DNA from: a virus
Lineage: Duplodnaviria > Caudoviricetes
IMG/VR virus record: IMGVR_UViG_3300030385_000908
Coordinates: 1 to 25,294 of that record
DNA length: 25,294 bases
Strand: one strand, 5' to 3'
The translations under genes and the position numbers were made by a program. Shown here one piece after another: positions 25,224 to 25,294 of the stretch (positions are counted from its first letter, which is position 1; every line of letters begins with the position of its first letter). The notes under the pieces were generated by a model. That model did not search any database. It saw nothing but the letters and a program-made list of their open reading frames with translations, and was not told where the DNA came from.

Positions 25224-25294
25224 TGTTGTTGGTTTTAGTTTGAACTTAAACTGGTTGGTCCATATCCCCAATTTTGCGTATGAAATATCGATTT

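Larger units (their letters stand above)
1..25294 (-). mobile_element. Small HK97-like siphovirus genome, probably near-complete; probable Bacteroidota host
   Basis: Ordered packaging, head, tail, lysis and replication modules all on the minus strand. HNH gene lies at one end and terS near the other, as in cos phages. No host genes seen. Confidence 0.93.

Overview
This window is very probably a near-complete ~25.3-kb genome of a small HK97-like, long-tailed (siphovirus-type) phage, with every credible gene on the minus strand. Read from high to low coordinates it contains: terminase small and large subunits, a small conserved gene, portal, prohead protease, major capsid, head-tail proteins, a tail terminator fused to LamG and carbohydrate-binding domains, tail tube, a -1 frameshifted tail chaperone, tape measure, one large tail-tip protein, a lysis cassette and a metallophosphoesterase. 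A terminator and early promoter follow, then recombination and replication genes, a NinB/VRR-NUC region, an array of tiny ORFs and a terminase-associated HNH nuclease. A TAnnTTTG promoter box and A-rich, Shine-Dalgarno-free start regions suggest a Bacteroidota host. I recognised no integrase, repressor, polymerase or helicase. The most unusual signals are: (i) a 13-bp direct repeat (AACTAAAACAATA) at five consecutive gene junctions, delimiting mini-gene cassettes; (ii) a candidate ~60-nt promoter-to-terminator small RNA partly antisense to those repeat-bearing start regions; (iii) the lectin-decorated tail terminator; (iv) a perfect palindrome plus promoter-like box in front of the portal; and (v) no GATC found in a manual scan. 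Family assignments come from motif recognition and gene order, not from database searches.
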